Positions 51,531-64,000 of a DNA stretch of 64,000 bases are shown here, one piece after another. Under the pieces are notes generated by a model, which saw only the letters and a list, made by a program, of their open reading frames with translations, was not told the origin of the DNA and searched no databases. The number at the start of each line of letters is the position of its first letter. The first letter of the stretch is position 1. The position numbers and the translations under genes are program-made. The DNA lies in contig NC_068983.1 in NCBI RefSeq assembly GCF_001194135.2, positions 7,711,481 to 7,775,480 on the forward strand. Direction: 5' to 3'. Source of the stretch: Octopus bimaculoides (Eukaryota).

Positions 51531-51559
51531 AGTATATGTGTATGCATGAGTTCCTTTTG

Positions 51560-51865
51560 AGTGTTGGGCCTCATGGAGGCAATGCCTAAGACCTTTGGCA
51601 TTATGCTATGCTTGAGAAGAAGACCCATCAAGCCAAGCAAAGTCACAGTCATGGCAGATACTGGTGTCATGCAAATGGCACCTGTGCTGGTGGCACGTAA
51701 ATGCACCCATTACACTCCCAGAGTGGTTGGCATTAGGAAGGGCATCCACCCATAGAAAACCATGCCAAATCAGACTGGAGTCTGGGGCAGCCTTCCAGCT
51801 TACCAGCCCTGGTCAAACTATCCAGCCCATGCCAGCATGGACAACAGACGTTAAATGATGATGAT

Positions 51866-51866
<1 letters not shown>
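51560..51866 (+). mobile_element. RTE LINE 3' fragment with (GAT)n tail
   Basis: LGLMEAMP...DLW.Y..LEKKT remnant plus the same tail family. Confidence 0.75.
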
Positions 51867-51947
<81 letters not shown>

Positions 51948-52386
51948 TGTATACTGAGCGTGTAGCACTTGTGCAGCAGACCAATACAAGTTTGAAAGAC
52001 ATGATAGTTGGACCGGCTGTGTTGTTACATGACCAGAAAATAACTAACCAGAAGTTAGAGAAACATAGAGAATGTGGTTTTGGAAGGAGAGTGCAAAAAC
52101 GGATATTGTGTGTATGTGTGTGTGTGCGAGCTGTGTATGTGGGATACTGTGTGTGTGGAGAGTATATATATATACATGTTCTTTTGTGTGTGCGCGTGGG
52201 TGCTGGTGGTGAGTATTGTGTGAGATGGAAGTACATGTGTGCATGTGTGTTTGTGTTTAAAAGCAGTGGATTGAAATATTTATCAGTTCTACTGCATGTT
52301 AATTCCCTTGTACATTCAGGCAAGATATTAAAATGTAGGAAACGGAGAATGATGTAATGTCTTGTCTGGTGTTTATTTTGTTTCAG

Positions 52387-52468
52387 GAACTATGGCGTTA
52401 CAGCAATATCACTTGCTCTGTTTATCCAATTGCAAACCTGGACACTGTTGACCCAGACGGAGTAACGT
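52387..52468 (+). CDS. iav: TRPV coding exon 6 ([27 protein letters not shown])
   Basis: Acceptor tttcag|gaa, donor t|gtaagt. 82 nt, phase 0 to 1. [12 protein letters not shown] is an Iav-type linker motif. Confidence 0.96.
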
Positions 52469-52637
52469 GTAAGTGGAACTTTCTGTTTTTGTTCTATCCT
52501 TTCATTTCTACCTACCTACCTTCCAACCTACCTACCTACCTACCTACCTACCTACCTACCTGTCTACTTACCTACCTGTCTACTTACCTACCTACCTTCC
52601 TACCTACCTACCTACCAGCATATTCTACTTAAGTACC

Positions 52638-52688
<51 letters not shown>

Positions 52689-52697
52689 CTCTATCTA

Positions 52698-52745
<48 letters not shown>

Positions 52746-53988
52746 CCTGTTTACCTACCTATCTACCTACCCAGCTAGATAGCTATTCATTCATCCGTCT
52801 ATTCTCTTATCCATCTGTTCAGCCATGTTGGTTAAGAACGTCTTAATTTAAAAAAAACAAATAAGGCTCAGGTATGGCTATATAGTTAAGAAGTTTGCTT
52901 CCAAACCATGTAGTTTCAGGTTCAATCCCACTGTGTGGTACCTTAAGCTAGTGTCTTCTATAACTGTCTCAGACAAACCAAAAGCCTTGGGAATGGATTT
53001 GGAGGATCGAAACTAAAAACGTCTGATGTGTGTGTGTGTGTGTGTGAGTGTGTAGACCCTTGTCTTGGCATTCTCTTTTTACTTGTTCCAGTCATTTGAC
53101 TGCGGCCATGCTGGAGCACCACCTTTAGTCGAGCAAATCGACCCCAGGACTTATTCTTTGGAAGCCTAGTACTTATACTATCGGTCTCTTNNNNNNNNNN
53201 NNNNNNNNNNNNNNNNNNNNNNNNNNNNNNNNNNNNNNNNNNNNNNNNNNNNNNNNNNNNNNNNNNNNNNNNNNNNNNNNNNNNNNNNNNNNNNNNNNNN
53301 NNNNNNNNNNNNNNNNNNNNNNNNNNNNNNNNNNNNNNNNNNNNNNNNNNNNNNNNNNNNNNNNNNNNNNNNNNNNNNNNNNNNNNNNNNNNNNNNNNNN
53401 NNNNNNNNNNNNNNNNNNNNNNNNNNNNNNNNNNNNNNNNNNNNNNNNNNNNNNNNNNNNNNNNNNNNNNNNNNNNNNNNNNNNNNNNNNNNNNNNNNNN
53501 NNNNNNNNNNNNNNNNNNNNNNNNNNNNNNNNNNNNNNNNNNNNNNNNNNNNNNNNNNNNNNNNNNNNNNNNNNNTATATATACATATATACGACGGGCT
53601 TCTTTTCAGTTTCCGTCTATCAAATTCACTCACAAGGCTTTGGTCGGCCTGAGGCTATAGTAGAAGACACTTGCCCAAGGTGCCATGCAGTGGGACTGAA
53701 CCCGGAACCATGTGGTTTGTAAGCAAGCTACTTACCACACAGCCACTCCTACACCTATGCAATTTTTCTAAGCAAGTTTCACTATCATACAAGTGATGTT
53801 CGTTTGTATATCAATTTCACCATGTTAGCATGGGATGACCTCCGGAGAATACTTACTCCAAACTCAACCTCAATGACGAGATATCAACTGCCAATTCCTT
53901 AAACCTGCAATCGTCTGCCCATTCCACTTTTGTTCAGTTAAAATTATTTAAGATCCTTATATACCTTTTAATTTTCCGTTACCAACAG

Positions 53989-54104
53989 CATGGACAACAG
54001 CTTTAAACCTCATCCTTGATGGTGAGACTGACGAGCATCTTGATATGATGGAAGGTAAAGTTATTAAACAATTACTAGATGAAAAATGGAAAACCTTTGC
54101 TCAG
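53989..54104 (+). CDS. iav: TRPV coding exon 7 (SWTTALNLILDGETDEHLDMMEGKVIKQLLDEKWKTFAQ)
   Basis: Acceptor caacag|ca, donor cag|gtgagt. 116 nt, phase 1 to 0. Pre-S1 LLxEKWKTFA. Not in the supplied ORF track. Confidence 0.95.
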
Positions 54105-54744
54105 GTGAGTGGCATCACAGTTTTTACTATTTCTACTGGATGAATGGTTAAGTAGTTTGCTTCACAGCCATGAGGTCGCAGGTTCATACTGCCAAGCATT
54201 TCACCCGGTGTGCTAACGTTTCAACCAGCTCGCTGCTTTTTATTCTTTTCTACTCTTGGCACAAGGCCCGAAATTTTTGGGGAGGGGGGGGGCAGTCAAT
54301 TAGAACGACCCCAGTATACAACTGGTTCTTAATTCATCGACCTCGAAAGTTGACCGCGGAAGAATTTGAACTCAGAACGTAAAGACAGATAAAATACCGC
54401 TAAGCATTTCACCTGGTGTGCCAACGTTTCTGCCAGCTCGCCACCTTAGAGACAGTATATATTTATTTCTTCATTACCCACAAGGGCCTAAACATAGAGG
54501 AGACAAACAAGGATAGACAAACGGTTTAAGTCGATTACATCGTCCCCAGTGCATAACTGGTTCTTAATTTATTGACCCCGAAAGGATGAACGGCAAAGTT
54601 GACCTCGGTGGAATTTGAACTCAGAATGTAAAGACAGACGAAATACTGCCAAGCATTTCGCCCGGTGTGCTAACGTTTCTGCCAGCCTGCTGCTTTGCTG
54701 TTTATGTATATTATGTAATCACTTTCACCATTTATTTATTTCAG

Positions 54745-54858
54745 AGAGGATTTTTCAAATTACTAGTTTTCGCCTTCTTACACCTGGTTCTCTTGAGTAT
54801 CGCTGTGTACACACGACCTATTAGTGGTTTTCTTCAATATAGAGGTGCAATAGATGCT
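54745..54858 (+). CDS. iav: TRPV coding exon 8, S1 (RGFFKLLVFAFLHLVLLSIAVYTRPISGFLQYRGAIDA)
   Basis: Acceptor atttcag|aga, donor gct|gtgagt. 114 nt, phase 0 to 0. Hydrophobic helix ending in VYxRP. Confidence 0.92.
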
Positions 54859-55184
54859 GTGAGTTGTATTTCTGTTATACAGATTTATATATCATTATCA
54901 TCATTGTCGTCATCATCATCATCATCATCATCATTTTTGTTATGTGCTTTTCATGTTTGCAAAGACCTGTTGAAGCAAATCAAATCGAAATCAAATTTGA
55001 TGACAGCACCGCATGACTGGCATCCGTGCTAGTGGAGTGCTAAGAGCACCATCCGAACGTCATTGTTGCCAGGGCCGCTGACTTTTCTTTAATTAAAAAG
55101 TTTCATTTGTTAATTAATTCATATATAAAGAAACTATGCATTGCTTTAATTATTATTTCTTTATTCCTATTTTCTCATTATCAG

Positions 55185-55292
55185 GTTCGATTCATTTGCG
55201 AGATAATTGTCTGTATACTCTGTGTTCTTGTGCTGTCATTAAGTGCAAAAGATTTGTACCAACTTGGAATAAAAGGTTTCCTGAAAAATTCT
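55185..55292 (+). CDS. iav: TRPV coding exon 9, S2 (VRFICEIIVCILCVLVLSLSAKDLYQLGIKGFLKNS)
   Basis: Acceptor ttatcag|gtt, donor tct|gtaagt. 108 nt, phase 0 to 0. Confidence 0.9.
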
Positions 55293-55961
55293 GTAAGTCT
55301 GAAATTTCAAATTTTCTGACCAAAAACTTAATTGTTCTATGAAATATCTACCAACTGAGAAGATTGAAAATCGTTATGTTAATGCATTTCCTGGCATTAA
55401 TTAGAATGGATCAAATGCGGGGGACGGTTCCTTGATAAGGGTCACTAAGCCATTACACACTTCCCACTTGATATTTTTGATACATTTGCAGGTGCAGGCA
55501 TGGCTGTGTGGTTAGGAAGCTTGCTTTGTGATCATGTGGTTTTGGGTTCAGTCCCACTGTGTAGAACCTTGAGCAAGTGTTTTCTTCTGTAGCTTCAGGC
55601 TAACCAAAGCTTTGTGAAAGAAATAAGTTGATGGAAACTGTGTGGAAGCCTGTCATATATACATACACACAAGACCTGTCTGGTTTCATGCTCATGCAGT
55701 GATGTTGGTATATATTATTAGTTACTGATTTGATAGCTCAAATGTCACTTTCTCATTATGGTGCCCAGACTTGCATTTAAAGTCGCTTTTATTTGATGAA
55801 CTTATGAATGCTAACAGTGTTATGGCACTGTGAGGAGAAACAGCTTCCTGAAAGCATTCTAACATTGATAATTTTGTTGTGTCTTTTATTCATTTTTGTT
55901 ATTTCTTTTTTTCATGTAGATTCTTTAAGACTTCCTTTATGTTCTGCTTGAATTATTTCAG

Positions 55962-56113
55962 TCTCATGCTCCATCAAAGACCATATTTGTCATGTGCTGT
56001 TTGCTGACACTGTTGTGCATCCCACTGAGGTTTGCAAAGCTAGAAGGTGCAGAAGATTTCCTTATGATTATTGCTGTCCCTGGTTCGTGGTGTGTTTTAC
56101 TGTTTTTTGCTCG
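55962..56113 (+). CDS. iav: TRPV coding exon 10, S3-S4 (SHAPSKTIFVMCCLLTLLCIPLRF...AEDFLMIIAVPGSWCVLLFFAR)
   Basis: Acceptor tatttcag|tct, donor cg|gtaagt. 152 nt, phase 0 to 2. HAPxK, CIPxR and AVPGSW are Iav motifs. Not in the supplied ORF track. Confidence 0.94.
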
Positions 56114-56541
56114 GTAAGTTCATGTTGTTGGTGTTGTTATTTTCACAAATAAACATTTTAAAATAAAACCTCTTTCCCTTAACTTTTGATTGTCTTCAAA
56201 TGAACTGTTACAACTAAAAGGGTTTGGTTTGTTGGCTTTTTCCTCATGGTCAATGGTATTGCAGAAACAGCAGCTTAACCACCTCTGCTGCCTTGCCTGT
56301 TTCCCCAAAGCAAGCTTCTAACCCCAAATACACCTACCACCTCTTCTTTGATGGATACACCCCAAAAGAAAGGCAAGTCAGTACATCCATAACATCTACG
56401 GAGTTGCTAGGGATGCCAGATATTTGTTAAGTATAACTGTACACGTTTACCTAGAGTCCTTCCCTCTCAATTTTCTGTAGAAGTTTACACCCTAAGTGAA
56501 AGTACATGGCCTAGTGGTCAGGGTGAAACACTCATGATCAC

Positions 56542-56797
56542 AAGATGAACTGAAGGTAAGGATTATGGCAGCAGTCACCAACTTAAACAAGGAGACCGTC
56601 CAGAAGGGTTGCAGGAGATTCTGAAGTTGTCTGGAGGCCGTGGTTTAAGCCAATGGCGATTTTATTGAATAAACTTACTCTTTAGTATTTCAAGATATTT
56701 TTATGTAATTTTAGTAAACATATCTGTTAAAATGAGATGTCAGTGTTATTTTCATTTTTGCATAATTTAGACAACAGTTTATTCACCGCACCCTGTA
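56542..56797 (+). mobile_element. Tc1/mariner-superfamily (maT-like) transposase 3' end plus TIR
   Basis: ELKVRIMAAVTNLNKETVQKGCRRF..LEAVV.ANGDFIE*, ending caccctg-TA. Confidence 0.65.
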
Positions 56798-57222
56798 TGT
56801 ATATATATATATATATNNNNNNNNNNNNNNNNNNNNNNNNNNNNNNNNNNNNNNNNNNNNNNNNNNNNNNNNNNNNNNNNNNNNNNNNNNNNNNNNNNNN
56901 NNNNNNNNNNNNNNNNNNNNNNNNNNNNNNNNNNNNNNNNNNNNNNNNNNNNNNNNNNNNNNNNNNNNNNNNNNNNNNNNNNNNNNNNNNNNNNNNNNNN
57001 NNNNNNNNNNNNNNNNNNNNNNNNNNNNNNNNNNNNNNNNNNNNNNNNNNNNNNNNNNNNNNNNNNNNNNNNNNNNNNNNNNNNNNNNNNNNNNNNNNNN
57101 NNNNNNNNNNNNNNNNNNNNNNNNNNNNNNNNNNNNNNNNNNNNNNNNNNNNNNNNNNNNNNNNNNNNNNNNNNNNNNNNNNNNNNNNNNNNNNNNNNNN
57201 NNNNNNNNNNNNNNNNNNNNNN

Positions 57223-57267
<45 letters not shown>

Positions 57268-57556
57268 TGAGTTTCTGCACAATGTCTGTTTACCAAATTT
57301 ACTACCAATGCTTTGGTCAGGACTGGGGTTATAGTAGAAGTCACTTGTCCAAAGTGCTGTGCTGTGGAATTGAACTCGAAAGCACATAGTTGCAAAGTGA
57401 GGTTCCTAATCATACACCCATACCTGTACCTAATTGTAGAAAGACAAGTAATTGTCTCGATAATAATTAGATGTAATTGTTTAATTGAATTTTATTGCTC
57501 AATGATTTCATTCATTACTGCTGTCACTATATTTGTATCTCTTTCTATTCATTTAG

Positions 57557-57666
57557 TGGTATGGTTCTAACGGGACCATTTGTGACGATGGTATATAAAA
57601 TGATAATTGGGGATGTCTTTCGTTTCGTTATCATATATCTTATTATGGTTGGAGCTTTTGCACAAG
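57557..57666 (+). CDS. iav: TRPV coding exon 11, S4-S5 linker and S5 (RGMVLTGPFVTMVYKMIIGDVFRFVIIYLIMVGAFAQ)
   Basis: Acceptor catttag|t, donor g|gtaata. 110 nt, phase 2 to 1. LTGPFVTM..MI.GD..F.IIY motif. Confidence 0.96.
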
Positions 57667-58269
57667 GTAATAAATACATATTCATATACCTATATATTTA
57701 TGTACAATTATATAAGACATCTTTATGTGTAAATACTTATATTACTTGTGTAACACAAGAGGAGATAAATGTTATTAGTTAATCCTATAAAAAACATTTA
57801 GAAGTGCTAAATTTGATGGTTTAATTCTTTGGTGTAATTACTAACACAGTTGTCTAACACATGAGTGTATGAAGTACAGTTCCTATGAGTGATACACTCT
57901 CTTACTCTTTTACTTGTTTCAGTCATTTGACTGCGGCCATGTTGGAGCACAGCCTTTAGTCGAGCAAATCTTTTGCCGAACCGCTAAGTTACGGGGACGT
58001 AAACACACCAGCATCGGTTGTCAAGCGATGTTGGGGGGACAAACACAGACACACAAACACACACACACATATATATACATATATATGACGGGCTTCTTTC
58101 AGTTTCCATCTACCAAATCCACTAACAAGGCTTTGGTCGGCCCGAGGCTACAGTAGAAGATACTTGCCCAAGGTGCCATGCAGTGGGACTGAACCCAGAA
58201 CCATGTGGTTGGTAAGCAAGCTACTTACCACACAGCCACTCCTTCTACCTTTCGTATTCATAGTAATTT

Positions 58270-58700
58270 ATTTTGTCATATGAGTTGACCTATCTAGATG
58301 TCCATGTTGACCCATATAGTCATTGCTATTAGCCTATTTAATTGTCCAAGTCGACCCAATTGATCTATTTAGCTGTCCAAGTTAACTCACATATTCATGT
58401 AGCTATTGTTGTTGGACTATTTAGTTATAACCCCATTTAATTGGGTTGACCTATTTAGGTGTCCATATTGACCTAGTTGTCCTTGTTACCCTATGTACTA
58501 TTGACCTGCTTATTGGTCCAAATCAACCCATTTAGTCACTTAAGTTGACATATTTACCTGTCCATGTTCACCTATTTGTCCCTGTTAACCTATGTAGTTC
58601 TCATTTTTGACCCATTAGTTGCCCTAGCTGACCCATTTAATTGCATAACTGACCTATTTAGCTGTCTTTATTGATCTAGTTGTCCCTATTAACCCTTTAG
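58270..58700. repeat. Diverged low-complexity tandem repeat (gttgacctatttag..gtcc motifs)
   Basis: ttgaccta/ttgaccca and gtccat/gtccct recur many times. Confidence 0.6.
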
Positions 58701-59081
58701 TGTTCAAATTACTCTGTTAAATGTAATACTTTTCCATTCAAATTGTCTTGAATTAATCATGCATTATGCTATAGCTTTGAGGTTTCAATGATATGATTGT
58801 TTATTTTTAGAATGTCACTGTAGGTTAAGTGTGAGAGGCTAGATATGGCTGGTTTGAATATAAAACATATAGAATATTTGGGCCGGATATGGCCGGATTA
58901 AACACTAAAAGGTTAATCCATTTTGTTATTGCTTTTGAACTACCCAGTTGACCTGCTTGGTTGCCCATGTTATCTTAACTCCAGTTTGACCAAGAGTCAC
59001 CCCCACCCTATTTGTTTTTTTAAAATATCCCTTTTTTTATAAATTGCTTTATACAAGAAACGTACCAATTGTTCTTTTCAG

Positions 59082-59188
59082 CGTTTTTCTTTCTATTTCG
59101 GGATATCGATGATTCAAGCATAACCACCTTCAGGGATCTGGTTGCAACCATAATCAATCTATTTCAGATGACTCTTGGAGAATTTTCG
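59082..59188 (+). CDS. iav: TRPV coding exon 12, pore helix and filter (AFFFLFRDIDDSSITTFRDLVATIINLFQMTLGEFS)
   Basis: Acceptor ttttcag|cg, donor tcg|gtaagt. 107 nt, phase 1 to 0. LFQxTLG pore signature. Confidence 0.95.
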
Positions 59189-60857
59189 GTAAGTTTTACT
59201 GAATGTATTATCGTTTATATCTTTTATCGTCTTTTCAGTTACCGGATGTGACCATGCTGGGGCACCACCTTGGAGGGATTTTTGTAGTCAACCAAATTGA
59301 CCCTATGACTTATTTTTAAGTCTTGTACATATTTTATCGGTCTCTTTTTGATGAACCACTAAGTCATGGAAATGGAAACAAACCAGCACTAGGGAGTGGG
59401 GGAACAAATGCAGACATGTACACACACACACACACACATACACACATACAGATATATGCATGCATTTTATATGTTACATCATCATCATTTAATGTCTGTT
59501 GTCCATGCTGGCATGGGTTGGATGGTTTGGCCAGAGCTGGCTGGTGAGAGAGTTGTTCCAAGCTTCAGTTGTCTGTTTTGGCATGGTATACATGACAAGC
59601 TTCTATACAGTTTCCATCTACCGAATTCACTCACAAGGCATTCAGCAGCCTGAGGCCATGGTAGAAAGGCATTTGCCCAATGTGCCGTGCAGTGTGACTG
59701 AACCTGTATCTATATGGTTGCAACACAAGCTTGATAACCACACAGCCATGCTTGTGAAAAAGTCCAACATCAGATTTTATACAGAAGAATGTTTTTATGT
59801 CTTAATTAAAAGAGAAAGGGTTTCATTCACGATCATTTTCAGGGCCTCTGAGGCTAGTGGGAGACCGAGAAACAAGTATATACTTTTAGTTAAAGTTTCA
59901 TACTAATTTTTGGGGGGCTGAGTCAGAGGAGACAGAGCAGCACCCATGATCTTTTTTTTTTGTAGGGATCATGAATTCTGAAATTATTGGGAGCAAGGAA
60001 AAAGGATATTGATCCCCTTAGAGCAGAAACCTGGGTGTAACTCTTGCAACAGAATCTCCTCTTTTAAAGGTGGTGTTAAACTGGAGGTGACATATTAAGT
60101 TTACTATCCAAAATGATGTAGCATGGCTGAATGGTTAAGAAGTTTGTTTCAGTCATGAAGCCCCCCAGTTCAATCCCAATGCATAACATCTTCAGCAGAT
60201 GTTTTGTTTTTGTTATATAACAGGGTCAACCCAAGCATGTGAGTAAAAATGGGTAGACAGAAAGTGTTTAAAAGCCCTTTTACTGGATTGTACTTGTCAC
60301 AATGTTTCTTGCTGAGCTCATCTCAGAACTACATTAAGAATACACGTGTCTGTGGTACAATCGGACAAAATATATGTAGTCATGTAATAAAAAACAAAAT
60401 ATACGCATTAATGTAATAAAACAAACTATATGTAGTTGTGTAATAAGGACAAATGGAGGCACGTGGCTTAGTGGTTAGGGAGTCAGCATCATGATCACAA
60501 GATTGTGGTTTCGATCCCTGGACCGGGAAACACATTGTGTTCGTGAGCAAAACACTTCATTTCACGTTGCTCCAGTCCACTCAGCTGGCAAAAATGAGTA
60601 ACGCTGCGATGGACTGGCGTCCCATCCAGCTGGGGAACACATACACCATTGAAACTGGAAAACCGGGCCCATGAGCCTCGCTAGGCTTAAAAAGGGTGCA
60701 TTTATTTTTAATAAGGACAAATATGTGTAGAAGTGCAATAGGACAAATTATATGGTGGTGCAATAGGACAAATTACGGTGGTCAAAATTTTAATAAAAAA
60801 TTCAATAATCATTTAAAAAAATCATTAATTTTCACCTGTCTTTTATTACCTTAACAG

Positions 60858-61019
60858 TATGATCACATGAACCAAGCTCACTACTCCACGTTAACCAAAC
60901 TCCTTTTTATAGTTTTTATGATCCTTATTCCAATACTTTTACTCAATATGTTGATTGCTATGATGGGAAACACATACCAGTCTGTCATCAACAAGGCTGA
61001 GATTGAATGGAAAAAGCAG
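60858..61019 (+). CDS. iav: TRPV coding exon 13, S6 and TRP helix (YDHMNQAHYSTLTKLLFIVFMILIPILLLNMLIAMMGNTYQSVINKAEIEWKKQ)
   Basis: Acceptor ttaacag|tat, donor cag|gtatga. 162 nt, phase 0 to 0. PILLLNMLIAMMGNTY is the canonical TRPV S6. Confidence 0.97.
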
Positions 61020-61771
61020 GTATGACATAACTTATTACTAGTTACAAATTTGATTGTGTGCATGCATGTGTGCATATATCTGTGTGTATGAGTATTTGTG
61101 TGTATTTATGTGTTTGTGAGTGTGTGAGTGTGTGTGTGTGTGTGCATGCGTGTGTTTTGCAAGAGAGACTGGTGTTGTTTTTATTGAGCCATTTTTACCT
61201 TTTTCTTTAGAATCCCATGCAAATCTGGCGCCAGACCCTTTGTCCAATCATTTACTAGTACACACCGCTACAATACCTGAAAACCCCTTCTCCTTTCCTT
61301 TCTTATGATTTTCTTTTCTGTGGGCTCTGACAGCAGTACACACCTCATCATATCTTAAAGTGATGTAAACTAAAACGTTTCATTAAAATTTCATGTTTAT
61401 CTAAGTTCTAAACATCAGATGGTGGTAACACAGATGATGGTGGTGGCGGTGATGGTGGTGGCAATGATATTGATGAAGTGGCAATCAGGAAAGATAAACA
61501 TGATGATGATGATGATGATGCTGATGCTGTCTTTGATAATGTTTAGCCCAAGAGGCCTATGCTGACTTAAGGGGCCAATAATTAAAAACCACCCCCAATG
61601 TTTTTAGAAGGTGTACTTCAGGTAACACTAACTGATGTATCTCCCTTCATTTTGTAATGATAGTATGATGTTAAGTGAGGGTGATTTGGCTGGTATTTCT
61701 AGTTTGTCAAGTGACCACAAAGAGGGTACTTTGTTGGATTGTTAATAATTAATAAATTCCATTGTCTGCAG

Positions 61772-61969
61772 TGGGCAAAAACAATATCTGTTTTGGAACG
61801 AAGTTATTCAGAGAAAGAACTGAGAGAATTTCAAGAAGAATTTTCCATTCCAATAACAAAAAGTGGAGAAAGTGGAGAGTCATCGAGGCCACCCAGGGGT
61901 CTTATGGTAATCAAGGTTTCAAATAAGACAAGGGCTACACAGCGAAAGGGAGCATTATCCAACTGGAAG
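61772..61969 (+). CDS. iav: TRPV coding exon 14 (WAKTISVLERSY...PRGLMVIKVSNKTRATQRKGALSNWK)
   Basis: Acceptor tctgcag|tgg, donor aag|gtgagt. 198 nt, phase 0 to 0. Completes the TRP box (EWKKQ|WAK) and carries the Iav-like C-terminal motif. Confidence 0.95.
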
Positions 61970-62444
61970 GTGAGTAAAATATAAATAACTTATGGAAAAA
62001 TAGGCATTAAATGTGGGTGAAAATAGGGGGTTGAATATGAGTAGGGGTGAAATATGTGTAAATAGAAGCTAAATGCGGGTCAGATATGGTTAAAATATGA
62101 GTGAAGTATAAGGAAAGTGTGGAGGCACATGGCCTACTAGTTAGAGCAGCAGACTCACGGTCACAGGTTCGAATCTCAGACAGGTTGATGTGTGTGTTTA
62201 TGAGAGAAACACCTAAACTCCATGCGGCTCCGGTAGAAGATAATGGTGAGCTTCTGCTGACTCTTTTGCCACAACTTTCTCTCACTCTTTCCTCCTGCAT
62301 TTAGCAGCTCACCTGTGATGTACTGGCGTCCCGTCCAGGTGGGGAACCTATACGCCAATGAAACCAGGAAACCGGCCTTTATGAGCCAGGCATGGCTCGA
62401 GAAGGAACAAACCCCAAGATTCTGAGTTCGACTCCAGGCAGTGA

Positions 62445-62765
<321 letters not shown>

Positions 62766-62899
62766 TTCCTCTAATTGGTTGATAAAGAAGAATGGAGGTT
62801 GGAGATTTGGTTCAAATGCTTGTAATATATTTATATGTAAAATATAAGAATATTGTGAATATGATGTAAAGTGTGAAAATGCTTAAGCATGTAGATGTA

Positions 62900-63767
62900 T
62901 GAGATAGTATCACAAGATTCCTGGACTAGTTATGTTCCCTAAGTTTTAACATCAGCTCCTTTGAAATAGTCAGCTTGCACAGCAATACACCGGTCCCAGA
63001 TTCCCTGCCACTTTTGGAATCTGGCCTGGAAGTTGTTTTCCATAAGGGAGCCGAGGACCTTCTGAGATTCGCTCTGGATCTCAACAACGGTGTTAAAACA
63101 TTGCATTTTCATCTTTGGGAAGAGATGGAAGTCTGCAGGTGTTAAATCTGGTGAATAGTTTAGGTGCGAAGGTGATACCATGTTGCTTTTGGTGAAAAAA
63201 CTCACGAGTGAGGTGAGCTTGGTGAAGAATCCAATTCTTTGTGCTCCACAGATCTGGCTGCTTTCACCGAATGTCCTCCCTCAAATACTTCGAAACGTTA
63301 CCGTAGGACTCTTGATTGACGGTCTGGTCTTGGGGGATGAATTCTTGATGCACAATACCACATTTCTGGGGGTGATGCTTGTGGTGGGTCTTCCAGATCA
63401 TTCATCATTTCTCAGGGACATTCTTCTGCTTTTGAAGCACCCATGTCACTGAAAACATTGTGTACAACCCATTGCCTCGTTACTGTAAGCTTACCAAAGC
63501 ATGCTCAATGTCTCTGTAGCAGACGTCCCAAGTTTAAGGCAAAATTTCACATTGGGTCTTTGTTCCTGCCCATGACAAAATCGCAGACTACAGCACACGC
63601 ATGATCACAAAAGCACAAATTTCACGACTTGCAAAGTAAACACAGCAATGTCACTCAACACACTGCCTCATGAAGGTCACTGCTATCTCTCACTGCACAT
63701 GAAACCATGTGCTGCCATCTGTTGGCATGCTACAAAACTAGTCCTAGAACTTTTTGATATCACCTTG
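62900..63767 (-). mobile_element. Internally deleted mariner with both TIRs and TA target duplications, in TRPV intron 14
   Basis: TIR-like ends atcacaagattcctggactagttatgt and acaaaactagtcctagaactttttgat. TA at 62898-99 and 63768-69. YSPDLTPADFHLFPK and WDRCIAVQADYF motifs. Confidence 0.85.
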
Positions 63768-63861
63768 TACTTGTGTTTGTAAAGTACTGAAAAGTGAATA
63801 AGTTTATATTTGTAAAGTGTTGAATAACTAAACGTACATAAGTTAACTCTTTGTTTTGCAG

Positions 63862-64000
63862 TATTATGGAAAAGAAATAATTAAGCAAGTAAAAGAACAC
63901 TTGAAGAAAAATACAAAGGAACCAATGGTTATTCAAGAAATGAAGAAGAAGATGTATATTAAAGACATGGATGGCAAATTTGTTTTGGCATCAGAAAAGA
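63862..64000 (+). CDS. iav: TRPV coding exon 15, partial (YYGKEIIKQVKEHLKKNTKEPMVIQEMKKKMYIKDMDGKFVLASEK...)
   Basis: Acceptor gttttgcag|tat. Phase 0 continues an open frame to the window end. Confidence 0.8.

Overview
AT-rich, microsatellite- and SINE-dense animal genomic DNA with many N-gaps. The repeat families look like those of octopus (inferred). The one well-supported gene is on the + strand: a TRPV channel of the Inactive/OSM-9 type. I reconstructed it by hand as 15 coding exons from 32040 to beyond the window end. All introns are GT-AG, phases are consistent and there are no internal stops (2266 nt, about 755 aa so far: ankyrin repeats, S1-S6, pore, TRP box). Positions 1-31900 contain no gene I can support. 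They hold mainly tRNA-derived SINEs, RTE-LINE tails, decayed mariner and hAT transposons, and simple repeats. I found no clearly new multi-gene system. The best second-look items are RNA structures in the sense strand of the TRPV pre-mRNA: two families of minimal hammerhead-ribozyme motifs, a 166-nt near-perfect hairpin, and inverted SINE pairs beside ankyrin-repeat exons. A candidate in-frame microexon and uORFs are also noted. All identities come from motif recognition, not database searches.
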